A stretch of 45,270 bases of DNA, taken from Escherichia phage Ioannina. The notes beneath the pieces were generated by a model, which was given only the letters and a program-made list of their open reading frames with translations, ran no database searches and was not told where the DNA came from. Shown in pieces: positions 37,478 through 45,270 of the stretch. Position 1 is the stretch's first letter. Each line of letters begins with the position of its first letter. A program made the position numbers and the translations under genes. The DNA lies in the sequence record OQ589852.1. One strand, given 5' to 3'.

Positions 37478-37807
37478 ATGAATATCAACGAAGCAATTGA
37501 AGTGTTATCTAATGCAATCCGCGGCGAGACGGGTAAATCCTGGTATTACACGAATGCGGTGGGTACTCTGCTATTTGAGGTGTCCCGATTATCGCGTGTC
37601 GAGAAAGAGCTTACCGCCAAACTTGAATTGCTGAACGGTACGGCGGCGAGCAAGCTGCAAAAGCATAACGAAGAAATGGAAGAATACAAAAAGCAGGTTA
37701 TCAGACTGCGTGAAGAAGGTAAGTCCTGGGCGATGATTGCCGAGTTAACGGGTATTAATCAGAGCACCGTTCGTTCTTGGGTCCGCAATACTAAAACTGC
37801 TAAGTAA
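37478..37807 (+). CDS. HTH DNA-binding regulator
   Basis: 109 aa; C-terminal helix-turn-helix (SWAMIAELTGINQSTVRSWV); first gene of the rightward operon beside the divergent promoters. Confidence 0.6.
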   Translation: MNINEAIEVLSNAIRGETGKSWYYTNAVGTLLFEVSRLSRVEKELTAKLELLNGTAASKLQKHNEEMEEYKKQVIRLREEGKSWAMIAELTGINQSTVRSWVRNTKTAK

Positions 37808-37819
37808 GGAATTGAGACA

Positions 37820-40084
37820 ATGAGAAATATAGAATTTGCGATCACACCCCCCGCTAAGAAAGGCGAATCTGCGGTAGCTCATAACCAGTCCATGACTACC
37901 GCCGAGTTTTTCGAATTTATCCAGGATGCACCGGTAGTGTCGTCAGTTTGCATTAACGGTACTGAAGATAAAAAAGAATATGCGCGACGTAAGCGTAAAG
38001 GCGACGGCATTGTGGCTACAACCGCCGATGGCACGCGTAAAAAGACTGGCGTGGTTAGCCGCTCGATCCTGTTCTTCGACCTGGACCGTGCTGACAACCG
38101 CACACTTACCCGCTGCCGCAGGGCTTTCCGCAAGTCCGGCCTGGAATATGTCTACCACACCACCACCGGCGACCGCCACCCGTTGAAAGACGGCAAGCGC
38201 TGTGTGCGTTTCCTGGTGCTGACAAACAAGCCAGTTCCGGCGGAAGACTTGGGTCGCGCGCAGGCTGCACTGCTTGAGCAACTGGGTCTTACCGACGCGG
38301 GCTTTGATGACTGCTCGAAAGACACAAACCGCCTTATGTACCTGCCCCACCAGCAGGCTAAGGTCGAGTGTCATGAGGGTGAACGCGCTAACGTGCGTCG
38401 TCTGCTTCGCCTGGCTGACAAGATGGGTATTGAGCAGGAAACGTTTCGCCGTGAACTGGTGCAGGGCGACGACGAGCAGATGAACGGCATCCTCGACTGG
38501 TGTTTCCAGGCTGGTTTTGAGCCGTTACCATCCGGGCGCGGTTATGAAGTACCGTGCCCAAACGAACATCTGCACTCTGGTGAAGGGTCTACCGCTATCA
38601 TGCTTAAGGATGGCGAGATTCGTTTCAAATGTATGCACACCGGCAACGGATGCTGTTCTGAACTGAACAAACACCAACACCTGGCGCTGCGAATGATTGG
38701 TATCCCGGATATTTATAACGTGGAACCTCACAACATGTCGCGCAAACAGATCTCGGCAATCCTGCCCGGACTGGACGATGAAGAAGTGGACGCGCAGTAT
38801 GAGCACATGGTCGATCTGGTTGGCGAAGGTGAGGATTATGCGTCCTGTACTGACGCAGACCTGGAAGACGAACCAACGGCACTGTTCTCTAAACACGACC
38901 CGATCATCGAAGGTCTGATTAACTTCAAATCGACCTGGTACGCAGCGGGTGAGTCGAACATTGGTAAGTCCTTCTTCGTCCTGGGTCAGATGGCTGCCGT
39001 TGCCGCTGGCATCCCGTTCGGCGGCGCTAAGGTCGTCCAGTCCCATTGCTTCTACTTCGATGCGGAAGGTGGCGAGGCGTCCCACCAGCGTAAAGAAGCG
39101 TTGCAGATTAAATATGAGCACGACCTGGACAAGCTGCACATTATCGACCTTCAGGCACGCGGCTGGGATATTACGAGCAAATCCGGCCTGCGTGAAGTCA
39201 TCAGCTTTATCAACCGCACAGCGGATGGGGAACCGGTCGGCCTGGTGGCGTTCGACTCCCTTAACCAGACCGTGGCCCTGCGCTCGGCAGATGCCAAACC
39301 GTTCGACGAGAACAACGCAAGCGATATGGGTGAGATTGTCAAAGCGCTGAAGTCCATTGCGGAAAACACAGGCGGCAGTGCGGGCGTCATCCACCACCCG
39401 GCGAAGGGTGCAAACGGCAGCCGATCCCCGCGTGGGTCCGGTGCGCTACATGGCGCGGTGGATTCTGCATTCTTCCTGGAACAGCCAGACGAGAATCAGC
39501 CAGGCCAGCTTAACCTCTATCATGAGAAAGCCCGTAACGGCGTGAAACAGGGTCCGCGCGGCTTCGTGCTACTGAAGTGCAAAGTGTCCATTAACGAGCG
39601 CAAGTCCGACACGTTCGAAGCGCACCAGTCCACTAACCCTGGTCCAGACTTCGGCGATGTGGTTGCCGGTTGGGACGTCAAGCCAATCCAGGCCACCCCG
39701 CGTGATGAGACTCTGTACCTTGTACCGGTAGCTCTGGTCCCGTTCGCTATCGAACAGGCGAAGGCCGCGGGCAAGCAGGCTGTTAAGGAAGAAAACCCCG
39801 CCGGTCCGCGCAATGAAAAAGAGAAAGTGCTTTACGCAGCGCTCGAAGCGTTGATGGAAGAGAATCCGGGACACCATGGCTTCAGCAAATCGGCAATCGT
39901 CCGCAAAGCCGGACTGGCGAAAGGTGGCACATCGACGAAGCCAATAGACGATATGCGTGAGCGCGGAATAATCGGCTTTTACAAAGACCCGGACACCGGG
40001 GCCATTTACGGGTCGTCGAATCTGGTTATCAATTCACAAATACCTATGCAATTGACGGCGACGGATGATGATTTGAAAGATTAA
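37820..40084 (+). CDS. DNA primase / replicative helicase (bifunctional)
   Basis: 754 aa; N-terminal primase-like domain (FFDLDRADN), Cys/His cluster (CPNEHLHSGEG…CMHTGNGCC), C-terminal RecA/DnaB-like ATPase with Walker A GESNIGKS. Confidence 0.75.
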   Translation: MRNIEFAITPPAKKGESAVAHNQSMTTAEFFEFIQDAPVVSSVCINGTEDKKEYARRKRKGDGIVATTADGTRKKTGVVSRSILFFDLDRADNRTLTRCRRAFRKSGLEYVYHTTTGDRHPLKDGKRCVRFLVLTNKPVPAEDLGRAQAALLEQLGLTDAGFDDCSKDTNRLMYLPHQQAKVECHEGERANVRRLLRLADKMGIEQETFRRELVQGDDEQMNGILDWCFQAGFEPLPSGRGYEVPCPNEHLHSGEGSTAIMLKDGEIRFKCMHTGNGCCSELNKHQHLALRMIGIPDIYNVEPHNMSRKQISAILPGLDDEEVDAQYEHMVDLVGEGEDYASCTDADLEDEPTALFSKHDPIIEGLINFKSTWYAAGESNIGKSFFVLGQMAAVAAGIPFGGAKVVQSHCFYFDAEGGEASHQRKEALQIKYEHDLDKLHIIDLQARGWDITSKSGLREVISFINRTADGEPVGLVAFDSLNQTVALRSADAKPFDENNASDMGEIVKALKSIAENTGGSAGVIHHPAKGANGSRSPRGSGALHGAVDSAFFLEQPDENQPGQLNLYHEKARNGVKQGPRGFVLLKCKVSINERKSDTFEAHQSTNPGPDFGDVVAGWDVKPIQATPRDETLYLVPVALVPFAIEQAKAAGKQAVKEENPAGPRNEKEKVLYAALEALMEENPGHHGFSKSAIVRKAGLAKGGTSTKPIDDMRERGIIGFYKDPDTGAIYGSSNLVINSQIPMQLTATDDDLKD

Positions 40085-40087
40085 ATT

Positions 40088-40175
40088 TTGCGCGCATTGG
40101 TTGCCAATATGGTTAATTTGTGCGCGCATTGGTTGCCGGATTGAGCATTAAATTCATATCGTATTGGTTGCCGTG
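40088..40175. repeat. three direct repeats of (GCGCGC)ATTGGTTGCC spaced about 34 bp
   Basis: Immediately downstream of the primase-helicase stop. Confidence 0.7.
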
Positions 40176-40204
40176 TAGTGTTAAAGAAGTGAATAATTAT
40201 GCAA

Positions 40205-40380
40205 AATACGTGCATAAAACAAACGGGACAAAAACGGGACAAACGGCAAGCGGGACAAAGCGGGACGTCCCGTCGTCCCCGTCAGTCGTGGCGCGGGTTT
40301 GAGGCAAACGGGACAAGCGGGACAGACCACAGTCTTTCAGACTAGACGGGGGGTATTGTCCCCCCTCCGTCTGAGACTGC
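40205..40380. repeat. GGGACA iteron-like array plus conserved hairpin, copy 2
   Basis: Collinear with 11591-11770 (TGCATAAAAC, ACGGGACAAAAACGGGACAA, GCGGGACA-AGCGGGACGTCCCG, CGCGGGTTT, hairpin CAGTCTTTCAGACTAGACGGGGGG…CCCCCCTCCGTCTGAGACTG). Confidence 0.8.
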
Positions 40381-40529
40381 ATAAAATCTCTGGTTGCATA
40401 ATCAACGGCAGCATAGTGAAAAATGCGGCGGGGGTAGATCTCGGCAACCAATGCGAGTTGAAGAGTGGAGAGTGAAAAATGCAGTTTGCAATTGCAACTC
40501 ATAGCGATCAGCATTTTCATGCGCGTGAT

Positions 40530-40575
40530 TAATATTGGTTGCATCCAGCCTGGCACCTTGCTATATTGGTTGCAC
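40530..40575 (+). promoter_or_regulatory. early-type promoter (TTGCAT-N17-TATATT) with ATTGGTTGCA repeats
   Basis: Plus strand: ATTGGTTGCATCCAGCCTGGCACCTTGCTATATTGGTTGCAC, about 30 nt upstream of the ATG at 40596. Confidence 0.55.
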
Positions 40576-40595
40576 ACCAACATGAGGACTGAACG

Positions 40596-40901
40596 ATGAG
40601 AGCATTAATCTGGAATTACACAATGGCTGTGGCGAAGCTGTACGAAGCGAAGCACACAAACGGCAACGCAGACGACGCGCGCCAGGCTGTCATCCTGGCC
40701 CAGCAGGGAATCATGAACGCGTTCGACAATATGTTTGCCAGCCTAGACGAACTGGAACCGCTGCGCGTGGCAATCTGCGAATATGCGATGGCATTTGCCC
40801 GTGAACGCCTGGCATACCGGTTTGGTATCGGGAAAACGGCAGTGGCTAACATCGCCCGCATTCAGGCCCAGCGTGAGCTGCACGCCATACTCGCGAAATA
40901 A
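40596..40901 (+). CDS. hypothetical protein
   Basis: 101 aa, alpha-helical; no motif. Confidence 0.4.
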   Translation: MRALIWNYTMAVAKLYEAKHTNGNADDARQAVILAQQGIMNAFDNMFASLDELEPLRVAICEYAMAFARERLAYRFGIGKTAVANIARIQAQRELHAILAK

Positions 40902-40910
40902 GGGGCCAAA

Positions 40911-41180
40911 ATGGCACGCAGACGCGCTCAATGGCTTTCATGGCACATTCCCCTACATAGCATCCGTTTATGGGCGCAGAACGCGATTGAGGGCGATTCT
41001 GTGTTCTGGAGCTATCGGGATGACGTCAAGCCGCTGACGCAGACCAGAAAGCTGCACCAGTTCATGAACGAACACGGACTGCCGGTGAAAACATCATTGC
41101 AACCAATCGGCATCCGTATTACATTACGCCGTAAGCCAATCGTTGAGCAGGTTGGCAAACACAGGAGACTGACAAAATGA
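40911..41180 (+). CDS. hypothetical protein
   Basis: 89 aa, basic. Confidence 0.35.
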   Translation: MARRRAQWLSWHIPLHSIRLWAQNAIEGDSVFWSYRDDVKPLTQTRKLHQFMNEHGLPVKTSLQPIGIRITLRRKPIVEQVGKHRRLTK

Positions 41181-41773
41181 AATTGATCTTCCGCCATAAA
41201 CATAATGGGCGATTCCTTACCCCAATCCAGGTGCTGCCGAACTATGTGCGCCTGCACCACGAAGCCAGCGACCGCGTATTCTGGTTTAAGAAAGCCACTC
41301 TGCCGAAATATTTGCAGGTTGTGCATCATGACGTCCGCGTCGGCGATGTGCTGCGGGATATTCGGGACGGTGCGCTGTTCGTAGTCCAGCGTGTGACTAC
41401 CTTCGGCGTTGTACTGCAATGCGGAGCGATCCGACGCCGTCTATTTTCTGTCGGCCTGGTGAACTACACTCGCGTGGGCCGGAACTATGTGCCTAAGCTG
41501 TTCAAGCGCTACGACGCCAACCAGGTGCAAGCGAAGATGGGTCGCGCCGTACACAAAATCGTCAATCGCTTTGATGCCGTGACGAACGCACAGCGCCATG
41601 CGCAGGAATACGGTGTGGGATTCATCCGAGTAGAACGAGACGGCAGTATGACGTCCATCGACCCGCGCTCGACCCAACTGAAGATAGTCGAAGTGAGCAA
41701 ATGTTGCCGGGCAGAAGTTGTGCGCGACCCCGGCGGGCAAGCCTTCTGTCGCGAGTGTGTGGGTGTGATATGA
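41177..41773 (+). CDS. hypothetical protein with C-terminal CxxC…CxxC
   Basis: 198 aa; C-terminal SKCCRAEV…CREC. Confidence 0.4.
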   Translation: MKLIFRHKHNGRFLTPIQVLPNYVRLHHEASDRVFWFKKATLPKYLQVVHHDVRVGDVLRDIRDGALFVVQRVTTFGVVLQCGAIRRRLFSVGLVNYTRVGRNYVPKLFKRYDANQVQAKMGRAVHKIVNRFDAVTNAQRHAQEYGVGFIRVERDGSMTSIDPRSTQLKIVEVSKCCRAEVVRDPGGQAFCRECVGVI

Positions 41774-41910
41774 GCGCAACCATCCGTGATATGCTTATGC
41801 ACAACCGTTTTGAGATAGGCGGTCGGGTGTTTCGCAATTACTTCGTGGCGCGTGCCTGGGCGCGCCATATTGGCAAACCGGAGAAAGAGATAAAATGCTA
41901 TACGATGTGA
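41770..41910 (+). CDS. small hypothetical protein
   Basis: About 46 aa from MSATIRDM; overlaps neighbours; weak. Confidence 0.25.
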   Translation: MSATIRDMLMHNRFEIGGRVFRNYFVARAWARHIGKPEKEIKCYTM

Positions 41911-42182
41911 TATTTTGGTTCGGGTTATTCTGCGCAATCTTACTGGTTGGCGCTGTTACCCTGGTGATTGCAGTCTGGTTTATATGGCCTGCCGTTGAGG
42001 CCGTGAGCATTACCCGCATGACCTTCGCCTACTACAAGAAACACAGCATCACGCAACATTCCAGCAGGCTTAGGGTGTGGTGGCTGTGGTATCGCGATAT
42101 GCTCGGAGGCAGGCGGTTCGAGGCCATCAGGTCACACGGTTGGGAATGGCAAGGCGTAGGACGCTGGTCAATTTCAGAATAA
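41895..42182 (+). CDS. membrane protein
   Basis: N-terminal hydrophobic span (VIFWFGLFCAILLVGAVTLVIAVWFIW), Trp/Arg-rich C-terminus. Confidence 0.4.
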   Translation: MLYDVIFWFGLFCAILLVGAVTLVIAVWFIWPAVEAVSITRMTFAYYKKHSITQHSSRLRVWWLWYRDMLGGRRFEAIRSHGWEWQGVGRWSISE

Positions 42183-42203
42183 TTATGCAGTCGTGATATA
42201 GTC

Positions 42204-42233
42204 CCCAGTGAGGTTTAATCTTACTGGGGCTTT
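42204..42233 (+). terminator. rho-independent terminator
   Basis: CCCCAGT-loop-ACTGGGG followed by CTTTTT. Confidence 0.55.
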
Positions 42234-42235
42234 TT

Positions 42236-42538
42236 ATGGAAGTTTTCCACAAATTAGATGAATGGGTAATTATCGCCGCTGCCGGGGTGGCGGGTGGCTT
42301 CGTAGGTGCGCGTATGCACCCGGAAGCTGCACAAGGACCGGTAAACTTTGTGCTGTTCGTCGTCGTTGGCTTCCTGTGTGCGGTATTCGGCGCACCAGCC
42401 ATCGCCGAACTGACCGGATTGACCAGTCAGCGCATGATCGCAGGTCTTGGATTCGTAACGGCAATCTTCTGGATGCCGATTGCGGCACGGATCCGAGAGC
42501 TAATCGCTAATGCCCGCTTTCCGGGAGGTGCCAAATGA
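42236..42538 (+). CDS. holin-like membrane protein
   Basis: 100 aa, three predicted TM segments, charged C-terminus; directly upstream of the lysozyme gene. Confidence 0.5.
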   Translation: MEVFHKLDEWVIIAAAGVAGGFVGARMHPEAAQGPVNFVLFVVVGFLCAVFGAPAIAELTGLTSQRMIAGLGFVTAIFWMPIAARIRELIANARFPGGAK

Positions 42539-42801
42539 TTTTCGGCGTCGATGTTTGTGCGTGGTTTGGCGTTATGTTCTTCCTCATCGTCGGCGTGTCG
42601 TCGCTGTACAACGTCTACGCCGCATCCGTGAATGACGGCCTTGTTGGTCGTGTGCTCTATCTCTTAACGGCAGTCTTCTGCGTGGTCGGCTTGATGCAAA
42701 CCGGGCATGTGGAGAACGCCACTATCAACGCCATTTGCTGGCTGTTTGCATTGCGCACCCTGCGCAATGCTGTTTTGAAAGGTGTAAAACATGCAATTTA
42801 G
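42535..42801 (+). CDS. holin/antiholin-like membrane protein
   Basis: 88 aa, two or three TM segments; overlaps both neighbours. Confidence 0.45.
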   Translation: MIFGVDVCAWFGVMFFLIVGVSSLYNVYAASVNDGLVGRVLYLLTAVFCVVGLMQTGHVENATINAICWLFALRTLRNAVLKGVKHAI

Positions 42802-43276
42802 TGAGAATGGTTTGCGGTTTACTGCCGCATGGGAGACGTTTAGCCCGGTGCCCTACTTCGCCACGAAGAAAGAGCAGGAGCAAGGTCTTTATACCTGGGG
42901 CTTCGGTCATACGGGCACTAACCCGCCGCGCAGCATTACCCGCACTGAGGCAATGGAACTACTGCGCAAGGATATTGCCATTGCTGAGAAGTTTGTTCAG
43001 CGCGCAATGCCGATCGGGGCGTTCAACCAGGCCCAGTACGACGCGCTTGTGGATCTGGTCTTCAACGTAGGGCCGCGTGCCATCGGGGCTAATACCGGAA
43101 CTGGTCGTGCAGTTCGTGCCGGTGATATTCAGACGATCCGTGCTAAACTGCCTCAATTCCGTATGCAAGCCGGGGTTGTTGTCAAGGGTCTGGTGCGTCG
43201 CGCTAACGGACGCCTGGCACTGTTCGACGGTAAGCAGTGGGACGTTGCCGAGCGTATCGGTCGTAATTCAGCTTAA
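42791..43276 (+). CDS. endolysin (T4-type lysozyme, GH24-like)
   Basis: N-terminal ENGLRFTAAWE…YTWGFGHTG follows the T4 lysozyme E…D…T pattern. Confidence 0.75.
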   Translation: MQFSENGLRFTAAWETFSPVPYFATKKEQEQGLYTWGFGHTGTNPPRSITRTEAMELLRKDIAIAEKFVQRAMPIGAFNQAQYDALVDLVFNVGPRAIGANTGTGRAVRAGDIQTIRAKLPQFRMQAGVVVKGLVRRANGRLALFDGKQWDVAERIGRNSA

Positions 43277-43285
43277 GGGGGAGAT

Positions 43286-43693
43286 ATGTTAAAAAGTATT
43301 CTTGATCATAATGCGGACGCGCTTGACGCGTTGGCTAAAACGGACGACGCTGGCGCGCGTCGCATCATTGCAAACACCATCAGCCATGCTGGGGTGTTTG
43401 GTGCAAGCCTTCCGGGGCCTAAGCCGGATGTGAAGGTGTCAAGCGCCACAGTAACGGTAACACCAGAGGAAGTTACAATCGGCACCAAGTCTAAGGCTAC
43501 GGTGGCGGTGCAACCGGCAGGGGCGACCGATAAATCCGGTGTGTGGATTAGTGGGTCGCCAACCATCGCCACCGTTGACGCTTCGGGTAATATCGACGGC
43601 AAAACTCCCGGTTCTGTCGATATTATTTGGGTGGCTAAGGATGGAAGCGGGGTGTCGGGCCGAAAAACGGTAACTGTGGCAAACGCCGAGTAA
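43286..43693 (+). CDS. bacterial Ig-like (Big_2-type) domain protein
   Basis: C-terminal 80 aa (ATVAVQPAGATDKSGVWISGSPTIATVDASGNIDGKTPGSVDIIWVAKDGSGVSGRKTVTV) is a typical Big_2 fold; no signal peptide. Confidence 0.55.
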   Translation: MLKSILDHNADALDALAKTDDAGARRIIANTISHAGVFGASLPGPKPDVKVSSATVTVTPEEVTIGTKSKATVAVQPAGATDKSGVWISGSPTIATVDASGNIDGKTPGSVDIIWVAKDGSGVSGRKTVTVANAE

Positions 43694-43697
43694 AGAG

Positions 43698-43728
43698 CAA
43701 GCCCGCAACTATGGCGGGCTTTTTATTG
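43698..43728 (+). terminator. rho-independent terminator
   Basis: AGCCCGC-AACTATG-GCGGGCT followed by TTTTTATT. Confidence 0.65.
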
Positions 43729-43780
43729 CTTGACTTGCAACCAATTAATAGCTCATACTTCTGTCGCCGTGGTATATTGA
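43728..43780 (+). promoter_or_regulatory. promoter region (TTGACT plus TGCAACCAAT; downstream TATATT)
   Basis: TTGACTTGCAACCAATTAATAGCTCATACT and a TATATT hexamer upstream of the ATG at 43812; exact -10 unresolved. Confidence 0.4.
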
Positions 43781-43811
43781 TCGCGGTCAAACTGAATCAG
43801 GAAAATATACG

Positions 43812-44954
43812 ATGCACCCTCAAACCAAAATTACAGACGAGCAGTTGATCGCCGAAATCCAGGCGGGAACGACCGCGAAAGATATTGCTAAGAAATACGG
43901 GATTGCACTGCGCAATGTTTATATGCGCAAAGCACGCTTATCTAAAAAGGGGATTGGGCACGGTAACGATGCCGTAATTCGTAAGCGGGTTGCCGATGGC
44001 TTCGGCGTGAAACGTGTATCCGCCCTGGTACGAGGCAATGGCGAAGAGGTCATGTCGTGGGTTATCACCGAGCAGGACAAAGAGCGCCAGCTTGAGGCGA
44101 TGCGTGCAGTGCTGGACGGCATGAACAGCGAAATCACACCGGCAGCACCCGTAAGCGCGCCACCAGTCCCGATCCAGGCGCTGGACCTGCTAAACCTGTA
44201 CACCGTGTCCGACTTCCACCTGGGGATGCTGGCATGGGGAGAAGAGACTGGCGAGGATTGGGATATGGCTATTGCCGAAGACCTGTTCTACCGCTGGTTT
44301 GTCGAAGCCTTTGCCCGCGCCCCGGATGCCGGAACAGGCGTGATTAACATCCTCGGTGATATGGCCCACTTTGACAGCCTGGATGCCGTTACCCCCGCAA
44401 GTGGTCACGTCCTGGATGCCGATACCCGCTATCAGAAGCTGGTGCGCTACATGATTCGCATGGTCCGCCGCGTTGTCGAACTGGCATTGCAGAAACACCA
44501 CAAGGTTAAACTGCTAATCGTGCAGGGCAACCATGACGAAAGCGGTATGATCTGGCTGGCGGAGATGTTCGCTACGCTGTACGAGAACGAGCCGCGCGTT
44601 GAGGTGGATACGTCGCCGGATGTCTATAAGATGGTCCAGCACGGTAAGACTACGCTGTTCTTCCATCACGGGCACAAGGCTAAATTCGACGCTATCGAGC
44701 CGGTCATGATTTCGAAATTTCGTGAGGCGTTCGGATCCAGCCAGTACAGCTATGCTCACGTAGGACACCTGCACCACCAGAAGATTATCGAATCGCGCAA
44801 CATGATTGTTGAACAGCACCGCACGCTTGCCGCGAAGGATGCCTACGCCAGCCGAGGCGGTTGGATGAGCGGACGCAGTGCAAACGTGATAACCTATAGC
44901 GCGAACTACGGTGAAGTAGCACGCTTAACCATTAGCCCGGAGATGTTGAAATGA
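43812..44954 (+). CDS. HTH domain fused to calcineurin-like metallophosphoesterase
   Basis: N-terminal HTH (TAKDIAKKYGIALRNVYMRKARL); metallophosphatase motifs GDMAHFD, GNHDE and HHGH. Confidence 0.55.
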   Translation: MHPQTKITDEQLIAEIQAGTTAKDIAKKYGIALRNVYMRKARLSKKGIGHGNDAVIRKRVADGFGVKRVSALVRGNGEEVMSWVITEQDKERQLEAMRAVLDGMNSEITPAAPVSAPPVPIQALDLLNLYTVSDFHLGMLAWGEETGEDWDMAIAEDLFYRWFVEAFARAPDAGTGVINILGDMAHFDSLDAVTPASGHVLDADTRYQKLVRYMIRMVRRVVELALQKHHKVKLLIVQGNHDESGMIWLAEMFATLYENEPRVEVDTSPDVYKMVQHGKTTLFFHHGHKAKFDAIEPVMISKFREAFGSSQYSYAHVGHLHHQKIIESRNMIVEQHRTLAAKDAYASRGGWMSGRSANVITYSANYGEVARLTISPEMLK

Positions 44955-45163
44955 TCAGACAAGTATTCATGAGCACGCAGGCCGCACGCCTGGCTGAATT
45001 ACGCAAACAACTGGAAGGACTGCGCCGATTCGAGCGCACAGCGGCAGCGGTAGGCATGAGTATGTCGGAACGGATCGAGATACTCACTCAAATTCGCCAC
45101 ACAGAGGGCGCAATCGAGGCAGTTAAGGCTATGCTAACCCGATACTACGGTCGACCCGTTTAA
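44951..45163 (+). CDS. hypothetical small protein
   Basis: 70 aa, helical; followed by terminator. Confidence 0.35.
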   Translation: MIRQVFMSTQAARLAELRKQLEGLRRFERTAAAVGMSMSERIEILTQIRHTEGAIEAVKAMLTRYYGRPV

Positions 45164-45171
45164 TCTCACCA

Positions 45172-45200
45172 CAGGCCCGCTTACGCGGGCTTTTTTGTGT
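45172..45200 (+). terminator. rho-independent terminator
   Basis: GCCCGC-TTAC-GCGGGC followed by TTTTTTGTG. Confidence 0.65.
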
Positions 45201-45270
45201 CTGCAATTCTCCCTGATATAATCGTGACAGGTGGTTGGGCCACCTCCTATGTTGCCGATGGTCGGCGCAT

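Noticed and set aside
38525-39397. Minus-strand 290-aa ORF inside the primase-helicase gene
   Set aside because: Antisense to a gene with clear Walker A and primase motifs; no independent signals.
1-45270. Temperate lifestyle (integrase, CI/Cro switch, attP)
   Set aside because: No tyrosine or serine recombinase-like ORF and no repressor/antirepressor pair seen; the only HTH proteins sit in a replication operon and fused to a phosphoesterase. Cannot be fully excluded without homology searches.
1-45270. tRNA genes
   Set aside because: No cloverleaf candidates noticed by eye in the non-coding gaps; a dedicated tRNA scan would be needed to exclude them.

Overview
The window reads as a nearly complete (possibly full-length, about 45 kb) genome of a virulent tailed phage with a long non-contractile tail and lambda-like tail-tip genes; the host is probably a Gram-negative enterobacterium, inferred from sigma70-like promoters, Rz/Rz1 spanins and lipobox lipoproteins. 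Layout: (1) plus-strand packaging and structural module, 1-25.1 kb: TerS, TerL, portal, minor head protein, overlapping Rz/Rz1 pair, scaffold, major capsid, connectors, major tail, G/GT chaperone with a -1 slippery site, tape measure, M/L/K/I/J-like tip proteins and tail fibers. (2) minus-strand early/replication module, 25.2-37.2 kb: family A DNA polymerase, SNF2-like helicase, SSB, Cas4-like exonuclease, VRR-NUC, Dam and C5-MTase-like methyltransferases, HAD phosphatase and others. (3) plus-strand block, 37.4-45.2 kb: HTH regulator, primase-helicase, small proteins, holin-like proteins, lysozyme, an Ig-like protein and an HTH-metallophosphatase. No integrase, CI-like repressor, tRNA or CRISPR array was seen. 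The most unusual features are a duplicated GGGACA iteron-like module with a conserved hairpin at two distant non-coding loci, a shared promoter architecture built on ATTGGTTGCA repeats, two early-promoter minus-strand cassettes embedded antisense in the late region (one a Cor/Llp-like lipoprotein pair), and an SSB gene whose repeat-rich acidic/basic tail is in the -1 frame. All calls rest on reading the sequence and ORF translations by eye; no searches were run, and hand-counted coordinates may be off by a few nucleotides.
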